NCBI RefSeq assembly: GCF_052425735.1
Contig: NC_135761.1
Location: forward strand, 43,772,001-43,836,000
Length of the DNA stretch: 64,000 nucleotides
From: Oculina patagonica
Taxonomy: Eukaryota
Direction of reading: 5' to 3'
Both the position numbers and the translations under genes were made by a program. The notes beneath the pieces are model-generated. The model was not told where the DNA came from and searched no databases. It was given only the letters and a program-made list of their open reading frames with translations. Shown in pieces: positions 12,020 through 23,877 of the stretch. Each line of letters opens with the position of its first letter. Position 1 is the first letter of the stretch.

Positions 12020-13911
12020 TCAGTCGAAACCTCCTATCCCAACATCCTTGCATACGCATCAACAAAGTAGTAATTTATTTCATTTAAGTACTAGTGGATA
12101 GGATAAAGCAACAGATGTTTTTGACGGATTTTATTTATCCATTTTTCAACTTGGAACTTAAAAGCTTTTGCCTGTTAAATCAGTGGGACACAAAAACAAG
12201 CCTTGAATGCTTTAGAGAGAAATATTTATGTCCTACTCTTGCTGACGACTCAGGGAATTTGTGATACATCTGTTCAAGTCTTATTAACTCTTTCCTTCGC
12301 TGTCGCTATTTCAACAAAAGTTTTGTCGTTCGTCGCCATTTTATTCCTTCCATGTCGCTGTATACATGGCAGTGTCTCTTGTCGGAATTTACCGTTACAG
12401 GGCCTCGATGATCGCTCGAACCGAAAACGTTGTCTGACACCCCTTCAAACATGTGTTTACACGACGCGTTCACGTTTATCAAATGCAGCATGTAGAAAGA
12501 CAAATTCAATTTCTCACCTTCTCTTTACTGTAAATCTGGCGGCTGTGATCAAAAAACAAATTTTTATTCGAACATTGATCCGCGCTTTATTTTTATTAAG
12601 ACGAATGCATTCTTGAAATTGACTAACTGATTCAAATTTCAAATAATCAATTCATTAATGTACTCTAGTCGGGTACGCTTCACTTGGCACGACTGTTAAA
12701 GAACATAAAATTGTAGTTTTTAGACTGCAATTCTTAAGAGTTTCTACTCAAACAATAAGAATACTCGCCTTTGCTTTCTATACGCTTGGGCTTGTTGTCT
12801 AACTGTTTAATAGACTCTTTTGGTAGCGCGCGCAAGTAAAATCGACGAAATCACAAACCAAAACTATAAATAAACCACTTTCGCTGAACTTTATGAATGT
12901 TTGATAGTTGGCTCTGTTTGGGCTTTGCCCCTCCTTAACTAACAGCCGATAAAAACCTCAAGCTTGCCATGGAATTGATTTAAGTCACTCTGAACGCAAC
13001 GAAGGTTTTGACAAGTCGATATCTGAAAATATTTCAGGCGACAGCGCATTCCATTTAGAAAGATTTACATTCCATCGCAGGCCACAAACAGACTAATCGT
13101 GGCAGATCATTCTATTGCACAAATGTAAATAAGAAGCTGAGAAAACTAGAATGGGATTGAAACTAGAAATACATTTCAAACAAATGTTGGCTCAATAGAG
13201 GCATGGATGACTAGAAGCGAAACCTCTTGAGAATGGCTAAAACAACCTTTCAATTTCAAGGTTTTACGACTGCGATGCAAAATGAGTTTAGGTTAACCAC
13301 AAAACGGCCCAGACAAACAGGACACTGTAGAAAACTGATAACACAAACATATTTTACAACTCTTCTACTTATAGACTATTAAAGCACAAAATAGCGTTAA
13401 AACCTTCAAAAAGGTTAAAGCTCTTACCTTAAAGATGTACGTCCGAGTAATTTTGTTCCTGCAAACAGATTGAGAGCCAATATTTACCCACCCGTTGAGT
13501 CCAGACAGAAAAAAAAAGAACATAAAGACAAGTACTGATATGAATATTTTTTCCTATTTATGAATAAATTTTATGCTCCAGCGTTTCCTTATGGCCAGTT
13601 TGGACCTCACGACTATTCTACGAAAATTCAGTTGCCGGCAAATGCTCAATCAATTTCAAAATGCAAAACTTTAAGCAAGGCCTGAAGTCGGTGCCTTCAA
13701 ACTACATCATTTCATTTGAGTGTTTTCCGAACGATGTACATCTTAAAAAAAGTTTTGTCATACAAAACGATCTTTCGATGGAACCGGTAGATCGAGAAAC
13801 AATCGCCTCAGGGTTCCTTCAATCCAGTGATCAAACCAATAAGAAGCTTAACTGGGTGCTTATGCAAAGCAATTTTAATTGCTAAATATTTTCAAGTGTT
13901 TTCACACAGTA

Positions 13912-14010
13912 TGTGAGGTTTGTGGTGAATGGGTTGTGAGGTTTGAGGGAATGTATTGTGAGGTTTGAGGGAATGTATTCAGGGAATGTATTGTGAGGTC
14001 TGAGCGAATG
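13912..14010. repeat. Degenerate ~22-bp minisatellite (GTGAGGTTTGAGGGAATGTATT)
   Basis: Directly visible, about 4 copies. Confidence 0.7.
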
Positions 14011-14642
14011 CATATTTCTAATTTGCTGCCATTTGGCATACACTTATTGGATTTGTCCGAGCCCGATTTTGAAAGTTATTTGAGTGAGACCGAAGGCCGA
14101 GTCCAATATTGAAGTGTTGGGCGAGGATGAATCCTATAAGTAATTTATTTACCGAAGAAATAATCCACCTACCAATACAAAACCATTTAACCAACTAAAT
14201 TTAATTGAAATAAATTTTACTCCACAAGTTTAAAAGGCAAGAGACAAAAAAATCAAACAATACAAAACACATATTTATCTGGCACATTCGTTTAATCGCC
14301 ATACTAACCGCCTTGAACTGAATAATACAGAAGCTCCATCGCACGAAGCGCTCCAGCGGAGCACCATGGGTAAGGTATTTTGGAGAACCAGGGTGTTTAC
14401 CATTTACAAAAAATTTCCGGAAATTCCGGGTGGGATGTAAATGGAACACGACTTTTCGGTTCGTTCCACTGGAAAATTCCCGAAATAAACGGACAACCTG
14501 AAAAGGTAGTCCCGTTTTCCCAGTGGAAATTTTCCCGATGGAAATGTGTGTTCCATTTACAAATTTTTCGTATTTCTGACCAGTCCCAATCCTTTCACGG
14601 TCTGTTTTGCAGCCAGGCCTTTCTTGTTGCTCTCAGACTAAA

Positions 14643-15607
14643 ATGGCGGGGCAAGTTCCTTTAAGTTTACAGGCGGGTTTGTACCAGTGCAGTGATTGTC
14701 ACCTGCTTTTAGCTAATCTGGAGAGTTACCTGCATCACGATTGTGCCTCTTATGTAAATGTAAATGGTATGTACAATTTTTGGCAAACCCGAAACTTTCT
14801 TTGAGCAAGATTTCGCGCGTAAAATGTTACATCTGAGAGCAAGAAGCTTATTCCATCCAAAGTTTTTATTTTTTGTAACATTGTTTGTTTTCAGCTAACA
14901 TTTCTACCATTTCAAGTGAGCACATACTTGAACCGCCCACTGTTCATCAGCCCACACTTGAACGGCCCACACTCGAACGATGGGAGGATACAGATGTTAG
15001 ACTGCTCATCACAACATATGTCGATAACAAGCATAGGTTTGGCGGGAAAGCGACGAAGAAAGAAGTATTCGAGAAAATAGCCGAGCAATTTACCACAACA
15101 TCTGGTCGTTTGGTCTCCGGAGAACAATGTATGAGGAAGTGGGGAAAGATTACCTTAAAACAAAAGGAGATAGAAGATCACAACCAGAAAACTGGCAATA
15201 GCAAGAGGACCTGGAAATTTTATGATGAACTATCGGAGTGCCTTGCTAAGGATGCTACCGTTCATCCCGTAATTACGATGGAAAGCGCAATACAGTTGGA
15301 CGATCAGAATCCAGTTGGTTGTGGCAGCCAACAACTTTCAGATAACGATTCGTCCTCTGAGTCGACAGGAGGAATGTGTACAAGTACAAGCGATTCATCT
15401 GGCAAAAGAGGAAAGGCCACCAAGCAAAAAAGATGCCGAAAGAAGCCAAAAAGTCGCTCTTCTGCGGCGGAAATGCTTGAATTTTTGAAATCGTATAGCG
15501 ACAAGCGAGAAAAAGTGGAAGAGGAAAAGCTAAAGGTGTTAAAAGAAATGAAAGACGAAAAATCGGCTTTCTTTAATCGTTTCTTCGAATATATGGACAA
15601 GAAGTGA
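14643..15607 (+). CDS. Harbinger accessory Myb/SANT-like (trihelix) DNA-binding protein, 278 aa (exons 14643-14766, 14895-15607)
   Basis: Phase-1 GT-AG intron. Trihelix signature WEDTDVRLLI...VFEKIAEQF...QCMRKWGKI...WKFYDEL and a C-terminal coiled coil. Exon 1 carries CSDC-x11-HDC. Confidence 0.88.
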
Positions 15608-16394
15608 ACATTGAAACAAAATGTTGCTGGTGTTGGAGTGTAGGCAACAGGGTAGGTGATGCAATATTGAAATGGAATTGTCAGAAACTCCCCCACACAC
15701 ACACACACCCCACGATTTCCTCTCTGTTGCTTACCCTTCAAGACCAGCAACAAAACATTTGTTTCTAAGTTCTTTTTGTCCATTTATTCAAAACATGTAG
15801 CCTGGATAGTTCTTCTGGCATTGTTTTCTACTTGTTGTTTGTTAAGTGTTGCGTTGTTATTTAAAACAATTATTTTTTTCTTAAAAGGAAATATTTTGAT
15901 ATCATTTTATTTGTTTTTCCTGTTTGCAAAAATTATCTTCAGTTCAAGATACAACTTATAGTTTGCTGGAGGTATCTTAGGGTCCATTCCCTTATAAATG
16001 TGGTACTTGTCGTTCATTAGCATTACTAATAAATGTACATGAGGGAGAGAAAGGAGCTGTGTTTCTGTGAGAACAATAATTTGGTTAGATTAACTTCCTC
16101 CTCCCCCCTCCCCTCATTACTCCCTTTTAAACATTTCTTCATAGTTCCGCCAACACCTTCAAATCAAAAACCAATGTCACAATGTTGTTCACTGCTTTAT
16201 TTGAACTCTTGCTTAGTGAGTGTACAAGTCACCTGATTAAGACTTTAAAATTGCACAACTATAGATGTTACAAGAGTTGTTGATCAACACACAGAACCTT
16301 TTTAGTGGTATGAAGCAAAACAAGCTAAATAAAATTTCATATTGTGTTGTTTGTTTCAAAAGTGTCATTGATGTACCAAAAATATTTAAGGGAT

Positions 16395-18435
16395 TCAACA
16401 GATGATATTCATTAGTTGCACGCGCTTAGCCTGAGCTGCTGGAGCTCCTCCATCCAGGTGTCCTGCAACTGCTCCGCCATCATCTCCATCATCACCATCA
16501 TCATGATCTAAGAAGTAGCTGTCGTCAAAGTCATCATGAAGAAGACAAAAATTGTGCAGAACACATGCAGACATAATAAGGTGAACCAACAATTCCAAAT
16601 CCAGGTGCTCTAGTGTGAGGAGTTTCCTCCATCTCCCTTTCAAGAGTCTGATTGATCTTTCAACAATTGACCTCAGAGCAGAGAGTTTAGTGTTAAACCT
16701 TCTCTGCCTTGCAGTAAGGTGCCCATTGTCTCTGAATGGGGTTATTAGCCAACTGAAAAAAAATGCCATACTTAAGGCAACTCGTTCAACTTCTAAATTT
16801 AAAGGTATTTTGAAGCTACTCACAATACAGTAAAAATCTGTGAGTAAGAACTTACATTTAATAACCTCTTAGGTTAAAATTTCCAAATGAGATACCATTT
16901 TTATAAGAACCTATTAAGCCTTAATTTGAAAACAGGTTCATATTTTTTTAAAATTGATTCAATATGTTTACTTTTGGGAAAATATAATCTGAATCCTCTT
17001 TGGAGATAGGTAACCTAGAAGCCTTATTACCCCAGATGCAATGTAATGCCAATTTTTGTGTTATAACCCATTATGCAAGAACCTGTTTAGGCTAATCTGA
17101 AAAACAATAGGTTCTTACTTAAAGGTTTTTACTGAATCTTCAATGTGTTGCTTAGTTCATTTTATATCAATGAATGGAGGAAAATGAAAGGTGAAGTACC
17201 TAAATACTCTTGCTTGGCTTACACATACATTCATGTGTGTGTGTGTGCGTATGCATGTTTGTGCTTGTGTGTAATGGCAGACAGCCATTACCAAAATACA
17301 GTAGAAAAACAAAACAAACAATACAATCAAATGAGAGAATAAACCTCTTTAGTGGGTATCCGCCGTCACCAAGAAGATGTGTGTCCCCAGGGAACTTGGC
17401 TGCAGCAGTTGCAAATAGAGAGGAGTTTCTGAGGACCCTTGAGTCATGGACTGAGCCTGGCCAACCCACTAAAATATCTCTGAACATCATGTTGTCATCG
17501 CACACAATCTGTAGTGCAACATTAAAAGATAATTTTACTTATTTCATTTTTATTGTTTTAATCAATACATTTATTTAATACCCACAGCAACAGCTTGTTG
17601 CTGACTCATTGTTTAAATTGTAATGCCTCTAACAAGGAAAAAATATGATCCTCACCTGGACAACAAGAGAATGGAATTTTTTTCTGTTGATATACGCATC
17701 TGGCTGCCTTACTGAAGCTCTTATCTTGATGTGCGTTCCATCAATAACACCAATAATTCTTGGAAACCCAGGAAGTCCTTTTGCTTGAAAATTTCCCATT
17801 ATTTCATTCATTTCATTCCCTATTGAGTACATGACATTGAAAATAGCTAACTCTTTATTCATAAATTTGTGGAAGAGAACAGAAACGAAACGAAAAAAAA
17901 GGCAATAATATTTATTACGAGAAGGAAATTTGCTCCAAAAGTTCTAGAAAATTAACAGAAATTGCAATTTACCATTAGGCCACTTGATATACTGTTGTCG
18001 CAGATCGACACAGGCACTTGACACGCGATGAATTATTCTGTTCAGACTACTCAGGGTCACATTGAACCTGTCTGACACAGAACGGATTACCTCTGAATTT
18101 GCAACAAACCATAAGAATGCTAAGACTTGCTTATCAAGGGGAATCGGTGGCCTTCCAAAAGATTGTCGTTGTGGCACCCTTCCAGTGGTCTGTACCTCTC
18201 TGCAGAGAGCCTCTACGGTGCTTCTTGTCATTCTAAAGTGACTTTTAAACTCATCGATCGAGTATGTCGGAACAGAAACTTCAAAATACCCTTGATTTCG
18301 GTTGAGGTCACGCCTCATAAAAGTTGCAGCTGCTGCAAACAGAACGATTTCACCATCATCCTCGGAATTTATTACAATTTCATCTTCAACAGAAGAATCG
18401 AAGATCTCATCCAGCATCAACATTTGAGCCGCCAT
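16395..18435 (-). CDS. Harbinger DDE transposase (HARBI1-like), 382 aa (exons 18435-17973, 17819-17656, 17508-17345, 16752-16395)
   Basis: GT-AG introns with phases 1,0,2 give a 1149-nt open frame. Motifs FKSHFRM, IDGTHI, YINRK, GWPGSVHDSRVL, GDGGY, VERSIRLLKGRW, ACVLHNFC; the catalytic D/D/E residues are present. Confidence 0.93.
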
Positions 18436-19063
18436 TTTGAATTTTCGCGGGAAATTCGAGGGAGCGACAGAGAGGAACCTGAGAACGAATGAGATAAGTG
18501 TCCAAATGGAACGCACTCTTCCCAACGGAAATTCCCGACGGAAATTTTCCGAGATTTCTTGTAAATGGTAAACAACCCCAATCAAGCCGAAAAGTTTGTT
18601 TGTCGCGTGGGGGTGGGGCAATCTATTCTTGGCGGAAAGTCGAGCGGCGCTGTGGTGGGCTTTTGGGCAACTTGGGTTTTCTTGTCTAAGCAAACTGATC
18701 CGGGAAAACTTCGAAATGAATATGGAGCAAAAACGCCTGATACCAAGCAATGACGCTATCCAATCTGACAGCTTCGATGGACTATACGTGGAAAAGGCTG
18801 AAAATAACGTCAGCGATCAGGAATTTAGTTCGGTAATATCAACACAGGAAACGACAACACAAAGTTTTCCATGGTCCCTCCCTGTAAAGTGATGGCATTG
18901 GCTTTCTTTTCTCGCTTTTCTATGTCGCTTCATTTAAAGGACAGTTAATCAACTTGTCCCGACAGATAGCAGAGATATTCGCTATTTATCCGAGTTCTTA
19001 AGTTGTTTTTAAGCAAATTCAGTTTCATCATTTTCCGGGCAGGGATAAAATTCACCATAGTCG

Positions 19064-19203
19064 ATTTGATGCCGACCAAAACACGTAGCCATGTCTTTCA
19101 AGCATTTTGCACATACTCGGTGTGTTTCTTGACTGATTGATGCCGACCAAAAACACGTCGCCATGTTTTTCAAGCATTTTGCCCATACTCGGTGTGTTTC
19201 TTT
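19064..19203. repeat. Tandem duplication of a ~72-bp unit
   Basis: TGATGCCGACCAAAA..CCATG..TTCAAGCATTTTGC.CATACTCGGTGTGTTTCTT occurs twice. Confidence 0.85.
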
Positions 19204-19862
19204 AATAATTGATGGATTTATTTACTGGGGCAATCAAGAGAGCCACAAAACGGCAAGATCAAGGGTAGCTGGCAGCCTTTCAACCAACCCCCCCTCCCCT
19301 TCCCACTTGGGTTGTTGCTTTTCCTTACGGGGAAGCTGCAACGGTTTACTTGATTATGCTGCTTCTAAAACTCAACTTTACCAGAATAGAATGTTTCTCT
19401 GTTTTCCTTTGTAGCTCAACCGTGATCAAAATGTCGTTGTTTAAGTGGTAAAGAAATGTGTGGTAGTTTAAGGATCAACATATAATGCACAGCTGGATCT
19501 AGTACTAAGACAAACTCGGGACAGCTCGGTTTGGAAACGATGGGCACCATGGGTAAAAATGGGAGTCCTTTGCTGTTATTTTATTTGAAATGCCAGAGTC
19601 GCCAAGCCTGACTAGAGCGCATTTGAGAGATCACAAACTAACCACAAACTAAGCAGGTGTCAGAGCAAGACAGACAAGTTGCCACACTGTTAGTGCTGTT
19701 TAAGGACGACAACTGTGTCCACTCTATTTATTTTTGTGTCAATGGAAATTGCCTTTGAGATTCATCGATTCAACGTACATACAGTAAACGTAATCGTACA
19801 TCTTAAACAAGGAGAATTACATAACTTTGGATGGAAAACATCGCATCAGTATGATCCTCTGT

Positions 19863-20787
19863 TTAGCGGCATCCACACGTTACTACGGACATGTTTGGGA
19901 AGTCCTGCTTCTGGACTTGGTCGTGCTCATCAAAGTAGAGTATGCTCTGGGGTCGCAGCGATGAAGGCACGCAACAGGGAGCTGGCACAGTTGCAGGCTC
20001 AACCGAATGCAAGAGCCCCTGTAAGATTGCATGGTTTGTGGGGCTTAAGTGAGCACCCATGACGGTTGGACATTCATCATCGCAGTAATTTGCTTTGAAC
20101 CCAGCCGGAGCAATAATCCAATTATCTTCCTCGCCATAAATTCTGGAGAAGTCGATATATAAAGCTTTCCTACTACAAGTGTTGCGTCTTGTCCTCGAGG
20201 GGCGGTCGCCTGTCGTATACAAACAGAAATAACTGGGTTCAAAATTTGAAATTAAAGAAAAGTTTTATAGATACTATCTTATAAGCTGTGCTAATCTAAA
20301 GCGAAAATAATTGCTCTCAAAAATCATTTTTTTAGTCGATGCCACTTCAGGTCAGTCAGGAAAGCTTCATTCTTCTTCTGGGGATATAGCGCGTTTTTTT
20401 GAACCAACGGAACTTGTCAAAACCCATTTTTTTAAAAAAATCATGACCAGCCCCTCATAAACCTGCTTCTTCAAAACATGCCCTCGACGGGCCGGGAATG
20501 GCTTTCAAACCTTCATTTTCAAATTCCTGGATGCTGTTGTCAGATGTCATCATTCCGGTCCCCTCAGATTCATTGACTTGTTTATTAAACAAGTCAAGCA
20601 CGAACTGTGGTATTTTCTTTTATAACCCCTTTTTTGGTTTAGGAGGAGTTTTCAAGCCCAGTATCTGCAGCATGGCCTTTTCCACTGCTTTAGCTACTTC
20701 TGCCTCTTTGGCCGTCAAAGGTGGGTTCGGTTCTCCCAGACATATCGTTGTTCCAAAGAATAAACAACACAGCAAAGAGAGGAACAT
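19863..20787 (-). pseudogene. TGF-beta/BMP-family ligand, copy 1 (exons 20787-20511, 20209-19863; 207 codons) with a very short prodomain; in-frame TAA at codon 56
   Basis: Signal peptide MFLSLLCCLFFGTTICLG; straitjacket motifs KAMLQILGLKTPPKP and IPQFVLDL; phase-1 intron; furin site RTRR; mature domain C..LYIDF..WIIAP..YCDDEC..TNHA..CCVP..MSV.TCGCR. Nonsense codon at 20620-20622. Confidence 0.9.
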
Positions 20788-21455
20788 CTTTAAAGCCAAA
20801 CTCGAAATGCCTAGACATTGAAAAGAAAACAATGTTAGTGTAATGGCCGGCATATTTCTTTGTCCTCACAGCGGTTCCTGGACACAGCGACAAAATGCTG
20901 GCCAATTAACCTGTTGCTAGGAATGACAGTGACCATCACTGCATAATTTGGCACTCTAATGTTGAAGTGTTAGAATCATGTTACCTGAACTTCCCAAGTG
21001 CACCATAACTCGATAGAGCACAACTACAATAATAAACCAATTGTTTATAACACTACCGCTGGAAACGTACATCAAATCCTGCGCCAAAGCTCAGGGTGCT
21101 CGAGGAAAAAAAGGGGACAAAACGATTTGCCCACGCTTTGAGCTTGCACTAATGGATAATGGTGCGCGTTTACCTATACTGGATTTGATTGCACGGCTCT
21201 GCTAGCTATGTTCTAATTAACAATTAAACTACGAGCCCGAGTTTTCTATGAGCGAATAGTCAACGAGGCGCAGCCGAGTTGACTGTCGCTCATAGAAAAC
21301 GAGGGCGAGTAGACTTATTGTTTTAGTAGAAATTAATTAACTCTTAAAGGACTGCAGTCCAAAAACTTACAATTTTACGTCCTTATAAGCCAAAAATGAA
21401 GAAAAATTAATCTTTTAATGAGCAACGAGCGCGCGATCGTTTTCTATCAGCGATT

Positions 21456-22250
21456 ATATAATAACCTGAATTCTACGCGCATTTTGATTGGTTCTTACCT
21501 ATGATCTATTAGAGTACAGACACATAGATGACGTCAGGCGGTGGTGTGACTCGCGCGCGTGATCAGATGTCATAGTCCAAATCAGAGTTGCCGGCAAAGT
21601 TTTTCAAACTCGCGGGGCCACAACAATGCAAAGCAAAAAAGTTCCGCTTAATTACAAATCTACAGTGAGAAATAATACCCAAGCATCGTTCACCTTTCGA
21701 AGCATTTAACTGGGCTAAACAAGCTTCAAGAAGACAGTGAATTATTCGAGAAATTATCAAAATCTGTATGAAAGTGTTTGACCAATGTTGTACTGTTGGA
21801 AGACGCCACGGGAAACAAATGAAAAGCGGATGAGCGCTTAGGTAAATGCTTACAGATTTGAACAACTTTCCAAATCGGAATAAAGGTTAGTTTTTTCATT
21901 GACTTTTAATTTACCATTTTTCTGTTTATTTAATCGGCTTAATAGTGCTTCGTGGCTACGGAAACTTTATCGTGAAATGAAAACAACTCAACTCACTTTT
22001 GGTAGCGGCATTGCTCACACTGAAGTGTACTGAAGTCTTGTGTTATTATATAAAACAAATCGATTCCATTTTGCCGTGGGTCTGTTCAGTTATAGATCAC
22101 AGAAGACGTCAAAATGTGGTATGAACATCAGTGACCCACTCGCCTAGCCGCTCGTGGGCCACTTTTCTGTTCATACCACATTTTGACGTCATCTGTGATC
22201 TATAACTAAACAGACGCACGGCAAAATGGAATCTATTTGTTAATTTATAT
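21456..22250 (-). mobile_element. Non-autonomous element with a ~190-bp terminal palindrome, nested in the 21218 element
   Basis: Long inverted arms at 22053-22243 around CACTCGCCTAGCCGCTCGTG; TATATA at both flanks. Confidence 0.65.
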
Positions 22251-23877
22251 ATAGCGGCTGTATACGCGCGAAGGAATTCTAGCGCCGTGCATTAGCTTTT
22301 ATAGAACATAGCTAAAAACAATAGAGGTCCGGTATCGGCTGGTTGTGCGAATTGTGCGAATTCTCGTTGTTATTGTTGTTTAAACGATCTTTGATGCAAC
22401 AAGATTTCATCAGGAACGTCTACTTTCTAAAACAGAAGTGAGACAGTGCCAAAGAAAGTGACAGATTAAGATAGAATTTTTGAAATTTATTTCTCTTCAG
22501 TTTGGCGATGTGTACGCTACCATTTTGTAGCTTTGAGGTAAGGAAAAATTTTTCGTTGAAGTTGAAAAATTACTGGGAAACGTATACGCATGTAAAATTT
22601 CAATGAAGTTCAAATTTCGGAGAAAGGGCCATGATATGAATTATGAATGAAATGGTATCTTGGTTCATTAATGAAGAAGTCACCAATAAAAAAAGGATAT
22701 CTGTCAATTTTCTAATACTTCGTGCATTCGTCACTGCGAGTCTTGTCGTAGGTTGTATATTCGCCGAGATTCACTTCGCCTTCGGCGAATAATTGTGAAA
22801 TAGAACATGAAAACCCATTTTTAAATGGTAATTGGATGCACTGTGGCTTAGAGCCTTAGTCGCTCGTGGCAATACCTGATAGCGAATCCCGCATGATTGC
22901 TTAAAAAAAAACTTTGTTCAAGTATCAATGTATATTCAACTCTCTCTATAACGGACAACTTCGGGACCATAATTTGGTGGCCGCAATAGAAAAGAGGCTG
23001 CCATTGCATCCATTATCGCAGCAATTTTTCTTCTTTATAAAGAGGAGGAAGAAAGTATGAAGACTGTAAGGGATTTGCCGAATGTTTTGGCAGTGCTTTC
23101 CACACAGGACAGGAGACACATCCCTCGAATCACGGGCTATGCCGTCCGCCATCTTGAATTGGATTTTCATTCGCAACATTCTGTTCATTCTGCCCCTGAG
23201 AGCAGAATGGATGGAATGGCGTTCTGTCCATTCTGGAATACAAATGCGGGATAGAAAAACGCGCGCATTTTACATTCGGACCATTCTCATTCCAGAATTT
23301 TGAATAAAAAAGAGCGCCCTTAATGCTTTTTAGTTCTATTGCGCGGTTTGGGACTGGCACTAGTTACGCGCGCAATATATTTTTTTCCAACGCAAGCATT
23401 CTTCCCCCAAGCCCCGAAAAAAGATCACCATTTTACCATCACAATACGCTCCTTAACTCTCTCGTATCGCATTTCCACGCAGAACGCATCTATTGTGTAA
23501 TTCAATAATTTGATCGATTTCACAAGCACTCGTGGTCTGAAGGAAAGCAAAGAAATTGTCTGTCGTTTTTTATCGAAGGAAGGAAAGTTTTTTTTTCAGT
23601 GACAACTCTCGCCAGATCCGGCAACAATGTAAGTTTAATTTACCTCGGGTAGTTCTTTAGCTAATTTCTTGTTCCTAATTTTGTTAATCAATTATTTTTA
23701 GTTTCACGGTCAGATACAACATTAAAGGAAGCGTTCCATAAAAGAAATTGGTGCGATGTTCGTTTTGTCGATCAGTGGAAATTGCACGGTCCAGCTAGCG
23801 GCGGACGAGCGCCGCTATAGTGAAAATTGCAAGAATTCAAGAGTTTATCGGGAGTTTGTCGATTGCGATACAGAACC

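Larger units (their letters stand above)
8326..13592. repeat. Diverged tandem segmental duplication upstream of SLC22 (copy B ~8326-11742, copy C ~12045-13592)
   Basis: Colinear blocks: 8326-8880 ~ 12045-12663; 10230-10293 ~ 12705-12770; 11168-11742 ~ 12868-13592. Confidence 0.8.
14391..18577. mobile_element. Full-length, apparently autonomous PIF/Harbinger DNA transposon (4187 bp)
   Basis: TIRs GGGTGTTTACCATTTACAA / TTGTAAATGGTAAACAACC and a 3-bp TSD CCA (14388-14390, 18578-18580). Carries convergent Myb/SANT and DDE transposase genes, the canonical Harbinger layout. Confidence 0.95.

Noticed and set aside
15304-18892. Antisense ORFs overlapping the Harbinger genes (and similar ones over BEL and TGF-beta exons)
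   Set aside because: Shadow frames of real coding sequence on the other strand.
20463-20510. Alternative downstream phase-1 donor in copy 1 (GCAG|GTTTAT) adding 16 aa
   Set aside because: Possible, but not conserved as an open extension in copy 2 (stop at 43604-43606), and it would not restore an arm domain.
20985-21055. Putative TATA and non-coding first exon of TGF-beta copy 1 (CAG|GTAAC)
   Set aside because: Plausible, but no homologous segment was found upstream of copy 2 and there is no transcript evidence.
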